Counted from the first letter of the stretch, positions 8,668 to 19,499 are shown. The stretch is DNA of 64,000 bases from Candidatus Poribacteria bacterium (GCA_965198175.1 OZ240245.1:4832001-4896000); one strand, 5' to 3'. The notes: generated from the letters alone by a model not told the origin. Program-made: numbers and translations.

Positions 8668-8925
8668 GTAGGTTGGGTAAAGCGGATATGATGAAAAATG
8701 TGAATTATGAGCATGAGTTTGTTTAGTTGATTGAGTTCAAGAATAGTTTCCGCGCAGCGAAACCCAACGCTTTTGAAACGTTCGGACGACCAAAAAACAT
8801 TGCCATTCGCTAGGTGTCTATGCTAAGGAGGGAGTAGTTGAATGTCAGAACGTTAATCGTCGTTGGTCCTGGATGTAATGACTATCACCCCCGCTATCCG
8901 CTCAGTTGATTTCAACCCAACCTAC
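8668..8925. repeat. REPIN/MITE-like element with GTAG ends (258 bp)
   Basis: tttttgtaggttgggt / acccaacctacaaaaa perfect 16-bp IR including the T5/A5 flanks, with an inner aaacccaac. Confidence 0.75.
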
Positions 8926-9067
8926 AAAAACTTCCCAAAGCGATACAGCGCGATAGGCTTTTTCGCGAGCAACCAACTGACTGACCGCGGCGAAATTAAG
9001 GGAACGGTTAGATACTTTCATCCTCGCCCCGTCGGAATACTTGGCTGGGACATCGCTAGGGAATAAG

Positions 9068-9272
9068 TTACCCAGCGTTATTAAATTCTTGCCAATTTAT
9101 CCCTAAGCGGCGGACAATGCCACGAATAGTCCCTTTTTTCAAATCCTTAGATCCATGTCGCCGATTTTTTTGTGCGGGTGTCATGTCACTGTCGGTGAGA
9201 CCCGCGTGTTCTGGGAAATACTTCTTCACAGCCGAGCGACTTGAGTCTGCGCACTAAATCCTTATAAGTCAT
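9068..9272 (-). pseudogene. hicA: hicA toxin pseudogene
   Basis: MTYKDLVRRLKSLGCEEVFPRTRGSHRQ*HD..., then a frameshift to HGSKDLKKGTIRGIVRRLGINWQEF. It retains the GSH motif and its ATG overlaps the hicB TAA. Confidence 0.85.
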
Positions 9273-9631
9273 TAGACCTGTACGCCAATGTCCGATGTAG
9301 GCAATGTAGCTTTGAAACAGTAAGGCGTTATGCCACTGCCGCTTTGAGGTTTGGGGTTCATTGTTTCGAAGAACCCACGCATATCTGCTCGCATTTGCCG
9401 TTGCTCTGCTTCGCGGTTTGACCGAATAGAATCAGGTAACGCACGGCTTAAATTTTCATATAGTTTAAGCGTTGTCGCAAAGGCATCGACAGTGCTATCT
9501 AATGCCTCATCTACTGAATCTCCTTCGGTTATCAATTCCGGCAACTCCTCACATGTTACTGTATAACCGCCCTCTTGTTGTGGATTTAAAAGCACAGTAA
9601 TAGTATAATATGCGGTGGATTTGGCGTTCAC
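9272..9631 (-). CDS. hicB: HicB-family antitoxin
   Basis: EGGYTVTCEELPELITEGDSVDEAL motif. Confidence 0.85.
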   Translation of the reverse strand: MNAKSTAYYTITVLLNPQQEGGYTVTCEELPELITEGDSVDEALDSTVDAFATTLKLYENLSRALPDSIRSNREAEQRQMRADMRGFFETMNPKPQSGSGITPYCFKATLPTSDIGVQV

Positions 9632-9883
9632 AATGAAATCTCCTTTAGCTGTGTGTTTTAGTGTCAGGTAGGAAGACTTACTTAGCGCACTGCCTTGTGC
9701 TTGCGATTACACCATTGGATTGGGACAATGTCAAGACTTCGGTTGCTTGATCGTTGCGTTTCGCTCACATTAAACTAGCACCATTGGTTATGAAGGATGA
9801 CATAAAGACAGTGGAAAGCAAAACCGCCGGAAGGCAAGGAGGTTGGAAGGCTAAGTAAGCCTCCCCTCAGGGTGAGGGCAACT

Positions 9884-11302
9884 TTATTTGGGTCGATAAA
9901 TGTGCGTGCTGTGTCCAAAGAAAACTTCGGCGGCTTCCATGACCGTTTCCGACAGGGTTGGGTGCGGATGAATTGTCCACTGGATATCGGATGCCGTCGC
10001 CGCCATTTCGATGGCGAGTACGCCTTCTGCAATTAACTCACCGGCGCCGGCACCAGCAATTCCCATGCCTAATACCCGCTCTGTCTCTGGATCGATGAGT
10101 AGCTTTGTAAGTCCATCATTGCGCCCTAGAGTGGTCGCCCTTCCAGAAGCACGCCAGGGAAATCGGACGACCTCTACAGAACGATTCTCGATTTTCGCCT
10201 GCGCCTCGGTCAGACCGCACCATGCAATCTCAGGATCTGTAAAGACAACAGCAGGTATCGCCCGGGGCTCGAAAGCAACTTTGTGACCGGCAATCGCTTC
10301 AGCCGCAATAAAGCCTTCATGGGACGCTTTGTGAGCAAGCATCGGTTCTCCGGCTACATCTCCAATGGCGTAGATTGTGGGCTCCTTCGTCCGCCTTTGC
10401 GCGTCTACGACGACAAATCCCTTCTCATCAATTTCAACCTTTGTGTTTTCCAGACCCAAACCACCGGTGTTCGGCTTCCGCCCTACGGAGATGAGAATCT
10501 TCTCGAACACCTGTTCTGATTCTATGATTTTCTCGCCTTCCAGTCGAACCCGGATACCGTTTGCGGTCTCTTCCATATGCGCAACTTTGGTATTGGGCAT
10601 GATGGACTTGAACAACTTCTCTAGTCGCTTGGAGATGACATTAACTAGGTCACGATCGACGCCCGTTAGCAGACCGGGCAACATTTCCACGACGGAGACA
10701 TCTGTTCCGAGTGCGGCGTAAACGCTTCCCAACTCAAGTCCGATATAGCCGCCACCGACTACTAGCATATTCTTGGGGATTTCATCTAGCTCCAATGCGC
10801 TCGTTGAGTCGAGAATGCGAGAACCCTGTAGCGACAGGTTAGGTACAGTCGCGGGTCGGGAACCGGTTGCTAAAATTGTATGGTCGAACGACAGTGTGCT
10901 GTCTTCACCTAGGTCGGTCTGAATTCTCAGAGTCTTAGCATCCAAGAAAGTAGCTCTACCTTGGATAAAATTGATATTACGATGCTTACAAAGTTCGCCC
11001 AGCCCCTCCGTCATTTTCTGGACCAAACTCTCTTTCCAGGTGCGCACCCGATTGAGGTGAATTTTTGGCTTCCCGAATTCAATTCCCCAATCAACCGCTT
11101 CACGTGCGTCTGTAAGCACCCGTGCAATATGTAACAGGGCTTTGGACGGAATGCAGCCTCGGTAAAGACAGACGCCGCCCGGATTGGGCTCCAAATCTAT
11201 AAGGGTTACCTGCATCCCCAAATCCGCAGCCATAAAGGCGGCAGCATATCCACCAGGACCGGCGCCAATTACAGCTACTTGCGTTGAATTATCGTTTCCC
11301 AA
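9884..11302 (-). CDS. lpdA: dihydrolipoyl dehydrogenase (E3)
   Basis: GAGPGGY, GGVCLYRGCIPSK, GGGYIGLE and HPHPTLSE. Confidence 0.96.
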   Translation of the reverse strand: MGNDNSTQVAVIGAGPGGYAAAFMAADLGMQVTLIDLEPNPGGVCLYRGCIPSKALLHIARVLTDAREAVDWGIEFGKPKIHLNRVRTWKESLVQKMTEGLGELCKHRNINFIQGRATFLDAKTLRIQTDLGEDSTLSFDHTILATGSRPATVPNLSLQGSRILDSTSALELDEIPKNMLVVGGGYIGLELGSVYAALGTDVSVVEMLPGLLTGVDRDLVNVISKRLEKLFKSIMPNTKVAHMEETANGIRVRLEGEKIIESEQVFEKILISVGRKPNTGGLGLENTKVEIDEKGFVVVDAQRRTKEPTIYAIGDVAGEPMLAHKASHEGFIAAEAIAGHKVAFEPRAIPAVVFTDPEIAWCGLTEAQAKIENRSVEVVRFPWRASGRATTLGRNDGLTKLLIDPETERVLGMGIAGAGAGELIAEGVLAIEMAATASDIQWTIHPHPTLSETVMEAAEVFFGHSTHIYRPK

Positions 11303-11431
11303 TTTCCTTCCTCTATTCTATATTGAGGAGCTATTCAATATGGTCCATCCGCTGAAGTTTTGATAATGATTTAGCAACTTCATTCACGGCGTAGTAGATA
11401 TCTATATCAATCTAACAACACGGGAATTTGA

Positions 11432-12757
11432 TCATTTCGAATCCAGCGCAATCAAGAAAGGTTCCTCAAGCATTTCGGCTATCGAGCGTAAAAATCGAGC
11501 TGCGTCCGCACCGTCAATTAAGCGGTGGTCGTACGAAAGTATAAGCGGTAACAGCAAGCGGGGTTGAAACGCATCGCTAATCAGAACAGGCTCAATTCGA
11601 CCGCGGGCGACCCCGAGAATCGCAACCTCGGGGTGGTTCACAATCGGAGAAAAGTGAGTGCCGCCAATACCTCCAAGGTTCGTTATAGTGAACGATCCGC
11701 CCTGCATATCCTCAGGATTTAGTTTCTTGTTGCGCGCCTTTTCGGCAATCTGGTTTAATTCGACAGATAGTTCGATGATGTTCCTCCGATCCACATCCCG
11801 AATGACCGGCACCAGAAGTCCACGATCTGTATCAACCGCTACCCCAATGTGAAAATATTTCTTATAGATAACCTCGTGCTTCATCATATCGACGCCTGCA
11901 TTAAATTGCGGGAATTGCTTTAATGCGCAAGTGACAACCTTGAGCAGAATAGCGGTAATCGTCAGTTTTCCACCTGCCGCTTCTGCCCTCACTTGGAATT
12001 GCTTGCGGAGTTTTTCCAACTCAGTAATGTCGGCCTTATCGGATTGGGTCACGTGGGGAATAGTGGACCACGCGGCAGCCATGTGCTTCGCGGTCGCACG
12101 GCGCACATTGCTCATCGGCTCTCGTTCCACCGCACCCCATTTCGAGAAATCCGGGAGCGACTGCGCAAGAATTTGGCTCATAGAACCCGATGGAGTCGCT
12201 TCTTGTGCTGTTGACTCAGCATTAATCTGATATGCATGATTCTTGATGTCCCCAACTGAGATCCGTCCACTAGGTCCTGAACCTGAAACTTGATTGATAT
12301 CAATTCCAATTTCGCGCGCAAACCGACGAACGGAGGGCGATGCTGGCGCAATATCACGGGGAACAACCTCTATAGGCAGCAAATCGGGGCCACGGGGTTC
12401 GGGTTCCAATTCGGCTACCGGCGCTGTTTCTAGAGATGAATCCTCAGGCGTAACTGATTCCTCCCCGTTAGCTTCGCCAGACACGGCAGGCTCTTCGACC
12501 TCAGCTACTTTACCTTCACTCTCTGTCTCCACAGTCAGAATGGGGTGTCCAACTTGAGCCTTGCCGCCTTCTTCTACATGAATCGCTTTGACGATGCCAC
12601 TGACGGAGCAAGGCACCTCAATGGCGGCCTTGTCTGTTTCGATTTCCAGTACGGGCTGCTCTTCATTGATGGCATCGCCCACAGACACCAAGATGCTCAA
12701 AACATCACCAACTTCTATATTTTCACCAAGTTCGGGAAGTAAAAATTGTTGTTCCAT
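11432..12757 (-). CDS. aceF: pyruvate dehydrogenase E2 (dihydrolipoamide acetyltransferase), single lipoyl domain
   Basis: ETDKA lipoyl site, ASPSVRRFARE binding domain and DHRLIDG catalytic motif. Confidence 0.92.
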   Translation of the reverse strand: MEQQFLLPELGENIEVGDVLSILVSVGDAINEEQPVLEIETDKAAIEVPCSVSGIVKAIHVEEGGKAQVGHPILTVETESEGKVAEVEEPAVSGEANGEESVTPEDSSLETAPVAELEPEPRGPDLLPIEVVPRDIAPASPSVRRFAREIGIDINQVSGSGPSGRISVGDIKNHAYQINAESTAQEATPSGSMSQILAQSLPDFSKWGAVEREPMSNVRRATAKHMAAAWSTIPHVTQSDKADITELEKLRKQFQVRAEAAGGKLTITAILLKVVTCALKQFPQFNAGVDMMKHEVIYKKYFHIGVAVDTDRGLLVPVIRDVDRRNIIELSVELNQIAEKARNKKLNPEDMQGGSFTITNLGGIGGTHFSPIVNHPEVAILGVARGRIEPVLISDAFQPRLLLPLILSYDHRLIDGADAARFLRSIAEMLEEPFLIALDSK

Positions 12758-12874
12758 TTCTTTCCACCAAGCTGTGACAGGTTATTGTCCAGTAGCTAGT
12801 GGAGAGTGGCTAGTTAAGGATTTTGCTCATCACTCTCCACTCATCACTGCTTTTGCACTCATCACTAGTCACTA

Positions 12875-15556
12875 TTAGACATCCATAGGATTGGGTTTAT
12901 CCGGGTCTATCTCCAGGTCTTGCATCGCTGTTTGTACAAGATCAAATGAAATCTGTCCCTCTCGGGCGAGTGCACAAAGCGTTGCTAGTGTAATAAATCT
13001 GGCATCCACCTCAAAAAAATCACGAAGTGCAACTCGGTCATCACTTCTGCCGAATCCATCTGTACCCAAAGTGACAAGCGGTCTAGGAATCCATTGAGAA
13101 ATCGAATCAGGAAGTGCTTTGACATAATCTGAAGCCGCTACAAAAACACCCGGTGCATCTTCGAAGCATGCAGTTACATAGGGAACTTTGGATGGCTCGG
13201 ACGGATGCAACATATTCCAGCGTTCCACGGCGTCTCCATCACGATACAATTGCTTATAACTAGTAACACTCCACACATCAGAAGCGACATTGTACTTATA
13301 TTCAAGAATCTGCCCCGCCTTCAGAACTTCATTCAAGATAGAACCACTCCCCAAAAGTTGGGCATGCAGGTTCGTCTTTTTTATATCTGTCCCTTTGTAC
13401 TTGTACATCCCCTTGAGGATACCCTCTTTAACATCCTCATTGGGCATTGGCGGCATAACATACGGTTCATTTCCCACGGTCAGATAGTAGAAGATACTTT
13501 CTTGCTCTTCATACATCCGGCGGATGCCATCCTGGAGGATGATAGCCAGTTCGTAAGCAAACGCGGGGTCATACGTGCGGAGGTTGGGAACAGAATATGC
13601 CAGCAGATGGCTATGTCCGTCCTGATGCTGCAGCCCTTCGCCGGCGAGTGTAGTACGCCCTGAAGTTGCGCCGATAAGGAAACCCCGGCAACGCATGTCG
13701 CCAGCTGCCCAGATGAAATCGCCAATTCGCTGAAGCCCAAACATGGAATAGAAGATGAAGAAGGGGATGGTGTTGATGCCGTAGGTCGCATAAGCGGTGC
13801 CTGCCGCCATAAACGAAGACATAGAACCAGCTTCGGTAAGTCCCTCTTCTAGGATTTGCCCATCTTGGCTTTCCTTATAGTAGAGCAGAGTGTCGGCGTC
13901 AACAGGTTCATAAAGTTGGCCGACGGAAGAGTAAATGCCTACCTGACGGAACAAAGCTTCCATTCCGAAAGTACGAGCCTCATCAGGCACAATTGGCACA
14001 ATCAGCTTACCAATCTCCTTATCCCGCAGCATTTTCGTTAGCATCCGCACAAACGCCATAGTCGTGGAAACGTCTCTGCCATCGGAGCCTTTGTAAAACT
14101 CTGCAAACAGAGGCTCAGGGGGTGGTTTAAGGGGTGGTATGATTACAGTACGTTGAGGGACGTAGCCACCGAGTTTCCGCCTACGCTCGTGCAGGTATTG
14201 CATTTCTGGACTATTATCCGGTGGCGTGTAAAACGGTGCTTCAGCAACTTCATCATCTGAAATCGGGATATTAAAACGGCTCCGGAATTCACGTAGTTCT
14301 TCTTCGTTCAACTTTTTCTGTTGATGGGTGATGTTCTTACCCTCACCCGTTTCGCCGAGACCATATCCTTTTATCGTTTTTGCCAAGATGACGGAAGGCG
14401 AGCCCTTGTGATCGTAGGCGGATTTATATGCATTATACACCTTTTTTGGATCGTGCCCGCCCCGTCTCAATTTGTAGAGTTGTTCATCGGAGAGGTGTTT
14501 AACGATTTCCAGCAAGCGAGGAACCTCGCCAAAAAAGTGTTGACGGATATACCGTCCGGACTCGGTCCCAGAACCCGTCTTATACTTTTGATACTGCCCG
14601 TCTACAACCTCTTCCATCCGTTTCAACAATAACCCTTCGTGATCTTCGGCGAGCAGCGGGTCCCAGTCATCCCCCCAAATCACCTTAATCACATTCCATC
14701 CAGCTCCTCGTAGGATGGTTTCTAGTTCTTGTATAATTTTGCCATTTCCCCGCACAGGACCATCGAGCCGTTGTAAGTTGCAGTTAATCACGAAAATGAG
14801 GTTGTCTAATTTTTCTCGGGATGCCAGAGAGATTGACCCGAGGGATTCCGGTTCATCCATTTCTCCATCTCCAAGGAAAGCCCACACTTTTGCGTCGCTG
14901 GGTTCTTTTAAGCTTCGATTCTCAAGATAGCGCATAAACCGAGCTTGATAAATAGCCATAATTGGAGTAAGTCCCATGGAAACTGTGGGAAATTCCCAGA
15001 AGTTGGGCATCAACCAAGGATGAGGATACGATGAGAGACCGCCTCCAGGTTGTAGTTCTTTACGGAAGTTCTCTAAATTTTGCTTAGACAGACGGCCTTC
15101 CAAAAAAGCCCTTGCATAAACCCCGGGGGAAGCGTGTCCCTGAAAATAGATTACATCCCCTTCATGGTTTTCACTTCTAGCGCGGAAAAAGTGATTGAAG
15201 CCAACCTCATACAACGTCGCTGCGGAGGCATAGCTTGAAATATGTCCTCCGACGGAGCTGTCATCGCGGTTGGCTCGCACCACCATCGCCATCGCATTCC
15301 AACGGATGATGTTCTTGATACGCCGTTCAATTTCTCGATTACCCGGAAAAGGCACTTCCTGATCTGCCGGGATGGTGTTGATATAGGGTGTATTCGCCGT
15401 GAAGGGGAACCGAACACCCTGCTCAAACGCATGAATATTTAATGTGCGTAATAGACGCTGGGCACTCTCCGGCCCATGACGCTGCAAGACATAATCCAAG
15501 GAATCGAACCATTCTTGAAGTTCAGCGACTTCCATTTTCGATGTTTCCTTGTTCAT
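12875..15556 (-). CDS. aceE: pyruvate dehydrogenase E1, homodimeric type
   Basis: GGHISSYAS, SSYPHPWLMP, GDGEMDEPES TPP motif and GEGLQHQDG. The start is uncertain. Confidence 0.96.
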   Translation of the reverse strand: MNKETSKMEVAELQEWFDSLDYVLQRHGPESAQRLLRTLNIHAFEQGVRFPFTANTPYINTIPADQEVPFPGNREIERRIKNIIRWNAMAMVVRANRDDSSVGGHISSYASAATLYEVGFNHFFRARSENHEGDVIYFQGHASPGVYARAFLEGRLSKQNLENFRKELQPGGGLSSYPHPWLMPNFWEFPTVSMGLTPIMAIYQARFMRYLENRSLKEPSDAKVWAFLGDGEMDEPESLGSISLASREKLDNLIFVINCNLQRLDGPVRGNGKIIQELETILRGAGWNVIKVIWGDDWDPLLAEDHEGLLLKRMEEVVDGQYQKYKTGSGTESGRYIRQHFFGEVPRLLEIVKHLSDEQLYKLRRGGHDPKKVYNAYKSAYDHKGSPSVILAKTIKGYGLGETGEGKNITHQQKKLNEEELREFRSRFNIPISDDEVAEAPFYTPPDNSPEMQYLHERRRKLGGYVPQRTVIIPPLKPPPEPLFAEFYKGSDGRDVSTTMAFVRMLTKMLRDKEIGKLIVPIVPDEARTFGMEALFRQVGIYSSVGQLYEPVDADTLLYYKESQDGQILEEGLTEAGSMSSFMAAGTAYATYGINTIPFFIFYSMFGLQRIGDFIWAAGDMRCRGFLIGATSGRTTLAGEGLQHQDGHSHLLAYSVPNLRTYDPAFAYELAIILQDGIRRMYEEQESIFYYLTVGNEPYVMPPMPNEDVKEGILKGMYKYKGTDIKKTNLHAQLLGSGSILNEVLKAGQILEYKYNVASDVWSVTSYKQLYRDGDAVERWNMLHPSEPSKVPYVTACFEDAPGVFVAASDYVKALPDSISQWIPRPLVTLGTDGFGRSDDRVALRDFFEVDARFITLATLCALAREGQISFDLVQTAMQDLEIDPDKPNPMDV

Positions 15557-15722
15557 AGCTTCACAAATCTTTCTAAAATCCCCGTGCTCCAGCACACAGG
15601 CTATACCTTATCTGAGTAGGACAATGACGATTAAGTCCTTCGATTGGCACACAGATGGTGTTTCATAATCTGACCGGACTCGCGCACGTCTAAATCATCG
15701 CTGATTGCTAGTTTTTCCCACA

Positions 15723-15759
15723 AATAAAAACAGCCCCAATCAGTAATCGGGGCTGTTTC
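15723..15759 (-). terminator. intrinsic terminator after the oxidoreductase beta gene
   Basis: Minus strand gaaacagccccgat-tactg-attggggctgttttt. Confidence 0.75.
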
Positions 15760-15819
15760 GCAGAAAACAAGCCAAATTCTCGCACTCGCTCATAAATCTG
15801 ACTAGCTAGCGCATACAGA

Positions 15820-16719
15820 TTACATCATCTTTTTGATGATGGCTTCGCCCTGCTCCTTTGTAATACCGAGTTTCTGATGAGCGAGCGGACCCCCTTCATG
15901 AAGGACTGGCTCTAGTTCTTCAAGAGAAGAACGGCTGGTGTCGTGATAAATCAGCCCGATGGGTATTTCTTCATCCCAGGTCATGGCTTCCGTGATAGCT
16001 GCTTGCATATCATTGGGATCGTGGTCCGTTTCTTCGAGTTTCCTCACGCGTTGCTTGAAATAAGCGAATGTGTTGTCTTTGTTGAAGGTAATACAAGGGC
16101 TAAAAACATCCACAAAAGCGAACCCTTCATGTTCCATGCCCCTGTACATCAGTTCGGTGAGATGCTTCGGGTCACCGCTAAATCCTCTGGCAACGTAGGT
16201 TGCGCCTGAGACAATCGCTAAGGCAAGCGGATTGATGGGTTGTTCGACACTGCCAAAGGGCGTACTTTTTGTCTTCATTCCCATTCGACTCGTGGGTGAA
16301 GCTTGACCGATTGTCAATCCGTAAATCTGGTTATCCATCACGATGTACAGGAGATCGATATTGCGGCGCATGGTATGCATGAAATGGTTGCCACCAATAC
16401 CAAATCCATCGCCGTCGCCTCCAGTCACGATAACTTTGAGATTGTGGTTGGCGAGTTTGACACCGGTCGCCACAGCAAGCGACCGGCCGTGAAGGGTGTG
16501 CATTCCATAAGTATTAATAAATCCGGGCAAATTGGACGAACATCCGATTCCACTTATCGTCACAAACTCGTGCGGTTCCCGCCCGGTCTTCGCGCACGCT
16601 ATCTCAAGCGCCCTCAATACCCCAAAATCACCGCAACCTAGACACCAATCTGGGGAAACACTTCCTTTAAAATCCTTCGCTGTTGGAGCGGCTTTAATGG
16701 GTTTCTCATCCTTTGCCAT
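15820..16719 (-). CDS. korB: 2-oxoacid:ferredoxin oxidoreductase beta subunit
   Basis: WCLGCGD, SGIGCSS, GGDGDG and DNQIYGLT. Substrate specificity cannot be determined from the sequence. Confidence 0.9.
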   Translation of the reverse strand: MAKDEKPIKAAPTAKDFKGSVSPDWCLGCGDFGVLRALEIACAKTGREPHEFVTISGIGCSSNLPGFINTYGMHTLHGRSLAVATGVKLANHNLKVIVTGGDGDGFGIGGNHFMHTMRRNIDLLYIVMDNQIYGLTIGQASPTSRMGMKTKSTPFGSVEQPINPLALAIVSGATYVARGFSGDPKHLTELMYRGMEHEGFAFVDVFSPCITFNKDNTFAYFKQRVRKLEETDHDPNDMQAAITEAMTWDEEIPIGLIYHDTSRSSLEELEPVLHEGGPLAHQKLGITKEQGEAIIKKMM

Positions 16720-16730
16720 GTGATTCCTCC

Positions 16731-18512
16731 TTATACCACAATTTCTTGATACGGCACATACAAAGCTGTTTTACCAGCCTCTATCTCTTTAACACCATCT
16801 ACAACGTGGTGCGGCATAAACGGCTCGCCGTCATACTTGCGAATATGCCCATCAGCTTTGAAGCCGGTTTCCCCACGCAAGAAGCGTGCAAATTGACCTG
16901 TGTAGTTACATTCCACAATAATTGCTCGTTTACATTTTGAGAGTACCTGATTAGTTCTATCTTCATTTATCGGGTAAAGCCATTTGAAATGAACATGGTT
17001 GACACTGTATCCTGCCGTTCTCAACAGGCTGGCTGCTTCCTCAATGACATCTTCTGTAGAACCCCAGCCAATTAAGGTGAAATCGGCATCTTCAGGACCT
17101 TTGAGATCGGGCGGCGGCATTAACGCACTGATACCTTCCATTTTGCGCTGCCGTTTTTCCATGATCGCTCGACGTATGTGAGGGTTTGTAAATTCATCAG
17201 TAATCAAGCCGCCATCTTCATCGTGTTCGTCAGTTGCTACGACATGCACTTGTCCGGCGGTCCCCGGCAATGCTCGCGGAGAGATACCGCTCTCAGTAAC
17301 CTTGTAACGCAGATATTTCTCTCCGCTGACGTTGTCTTCGGCGATCAAATCGCCTCGATCTATCTTCGGATTCCAATTGATGTCTTCGGGGTTGATGGTC
17401 GTGTATCCCATAGAAAGGGTGAGATCGGAGATGACCATTCCAGGACACTGATATTTATCGACCAAATTAAAAAGCTCAGGAATCGTGTGGAAACCATCGA
17501 CAATACTGGTCGGCGCGACAATAATCTTTGGAAAATCTCCTTGACTGGCACCGAGCATCTGCCACAAATCGCCCTGTTCGGTTTTGGTCGGAAGTCCAGT
17601 TGAAGGGCCGCCACGTTGCACATTAATAAAAACAGTTGGTATTTCCATCATCCCCGCACTACCGATGGCTTCGCTCATCAAGGCAAATCCACCGCCCGAA
17701 GTCGCGCACATAGCACGACAGCCCGCATGGGCGGCACCAATGGTCATATTGGCAACGCCAATTTCATCCTCAACTTGCCTGACCATTATACCTAAATCCC
17801 TCGCATTTGAAGCCATCCAGTGCAAAACGCCCGTTGATGGGCTCATCGGATAAGCACAGTAAAATTTGACGCCAGCTGCCGCGCCGCCCATCGCCATCGC
17901 CTCGTTGCCAGTCGTCACAGCGAGAGGCTTATCTTGATATGGGAATGGTGTAGAAAATGGGTTAAAATGTTCGGCAGCGTGATTATAACTGGCACGAGCG
18001 ATACCAATGTTCTCATCAACAACTTCCTGACCTTTTCGCTTGAACTGGATTGTCAGGATGTTCTCAAGTTCTTCCAGACCGGCGCCCGTTATATAGAGAG
18101 CGGCGCCAAGCAACAGCGTATTGAGCATGACTTTATTACGACTGTTGTTGCTCAGTTCCTTAAAGGAGAGCGGACACAGCTGGACCTCTTCGGGAGGATT
18201 ATCTGGCGGCGCGGTGTTATCGCTGTTATAGAGAATCGCCCCGCCCGGAGCGATATTCTGAAGGTGTTTATCCATCGCATCCTGATTCAATGCAATGACC
18301 AGATCAATCCTATCACCATGGTTAGCAACCGGTTCCGAACAGATTCGGATGGTCAAAAAGGTATGACCACCGCGGATCAGGGATTGATAGGCGCTGTAAG
18401 CAAAAGCAGAAAGCCCACGACGAGCACAAATCCTTATCAGAACTGGGCCAGCACTTTCAAGACCCTGACCGGGCGCGCCACCCATGGCGACCACAAAATC
18501 AAATTTTGGCAT
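16731..18512 (-). CDS. korA: 2-oxoacid:ferredoxin oxidoreductase alpha subunit (gamma-alpha fusion)
   Basis: GAPGQG, IRGGH, YPMSPST, EDEIG and QRGGPSTGLPTKTEQGD. Confidence 0.9.
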   Translation of the reverse strand: MPKFDFVVAMGGAPGQGLESAGPVLIRICARRGLSAFAYSAYQSLIRGGHTFLTIRICSEPVANHGDRIDLVIALNQDAMDKHLQNIAPGGAILYNSDNTAPPDNPPEEVQLCPLSFKELSNNSRNKVMLNTLLLGAALYITGAGLEELENILTIQFKRKGQEVVDENIGIARASYNHAAEHFNPFSTPFPYQDKPLAVTTGNEAMAMGGAAAGVKFYCAYPMSPSTGVLHWMASNARDLGIMVRQVEDEIGVANMTIGAAHAGCRAMCATSGGGFALMSEAIGSAGMMEIPTVFINVQRGGPSTGLPTKTEQGDLWQMLGASQGDFPKIIVAPTSIVDGFHTIPELFNLVDKYQCPGMVISDLTLSMGYTTINPEDINWNPKIDRGDLIAEDNVSGEKYLRYKVTESGISPRALPGTAGQVHVVATDEHDEDGGLITDEFTNPHIRRAIMEKRQRKMEGISALMPPPDLKGPEDADFTLIGWGSTEDVIEEAASLLRTAGYSVNHVHFKWLYPINEDRTNQVLSKCKRAIIVECNYTGQFARFLRGETGFKADGHIRKYDGEPFMPHHVVDGVKEIEAGKTALYVPYQEIVV

Positions 18513-18896
18513 TTTATACCTCTTTATTGCTGATTTCAATTATCTGAAAAATATCAGGCGCTAAAAATTGGTGTTCTATTTTGGCATTAAGCATTTACTC
18601 TTGATCTGAACTTCTCAATATCACCCAACCCTATAAATGTCATACAGTTTCTGGAACTGAAATGAAAACTCTTACTGCAACCCGCTTACTCTCAATTGAA
18701 TCATCTCTCGGAATTTCTCTGAATCACTGAGTTTTACAAAATTCCTGTTTTTCGCCACTTACTACTTCTCGGATATGTTTTCAGGATTGGGTGAAAACGA
18801 TAGGTGGGAAATTTTGGAATACATTCACATTAAGAATACCATATCAAGCCTCATTTTTCAAATGAATTCTCTTTTTTACGCCAGACCCTCCAACTT

Positions 18897-19499
18897 TCAC
18901 AACTGACTTAACGCTTTTTCTGCTTCCGGGCTTCTTGTCTTTTGTAACGCAAAAGCCGCATGCTGACAAACACGTTCGGATTCATCGCGTAACGCTCCTA
19001 TCAAAGCGGGCACAGCATCTCTCGCAAACTCACCAATATTTGCGAGTGCGACCGCTGCATAAACGCGAACCTCTGTATCTTCATCACGCAATGCCCGAAT
19101 CAAAGCCGGCACCGCCTCCTTCGCCGGTTCACCAATTAAACCCAAGGCGCGAACCGCATTTTCTCGCACAGGTTGATACGTATCGCTAAGTGCCTCGATT
19201 AACGCCTGCACAGCCGGTTCACTGATTCGGCTGAGTGCGTCGGCGGCATTGAGCCTCACATACTTTTGTTCATCTGCTAGTGCCTCTACCAGCGCGGGGA
19301 TGGCTAGGTCGCCAATCTGAGCCAATGCGTCAGCAGCGCTATCACAAACATCCCAAATGACATTGGCTAATGCCTCTATCAATGCAGGGATAGCGGGCCC
19401 ACCAATTTCAACCAGTCCTGAAATCGCAGAAATTCGAACTTCCGTATCCGCTTCGCCCAGTTGCTCGATTAACTCAGCTATCTCGTGATTATTTGCCAC
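18897..19499 (-). CDS. HEAT/PBS-lyase-like repeat protein
   Basis: About 6 repeats of AIPALIEAL.D...VR..AA.AL..IG; GGAAG SD and GTG start. Confidence 0.88.
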   Translation of the reverse strand: MANNHEIAELIEQLGEADTEVRISAISGLVEIGGPAIPALIEALANVIWDVCDSAADALAQIGDLAIPALVEALADEQKYVRLNAADALSRISEPAVQALIEALSDTYQPVRENAVRALGLIGEPAKEAVPALIRALRDEDTEVRVYAAVALANIGEFARDAVPALIGALRDESERVCQHAAFALQKTRSPEAEKALSQL

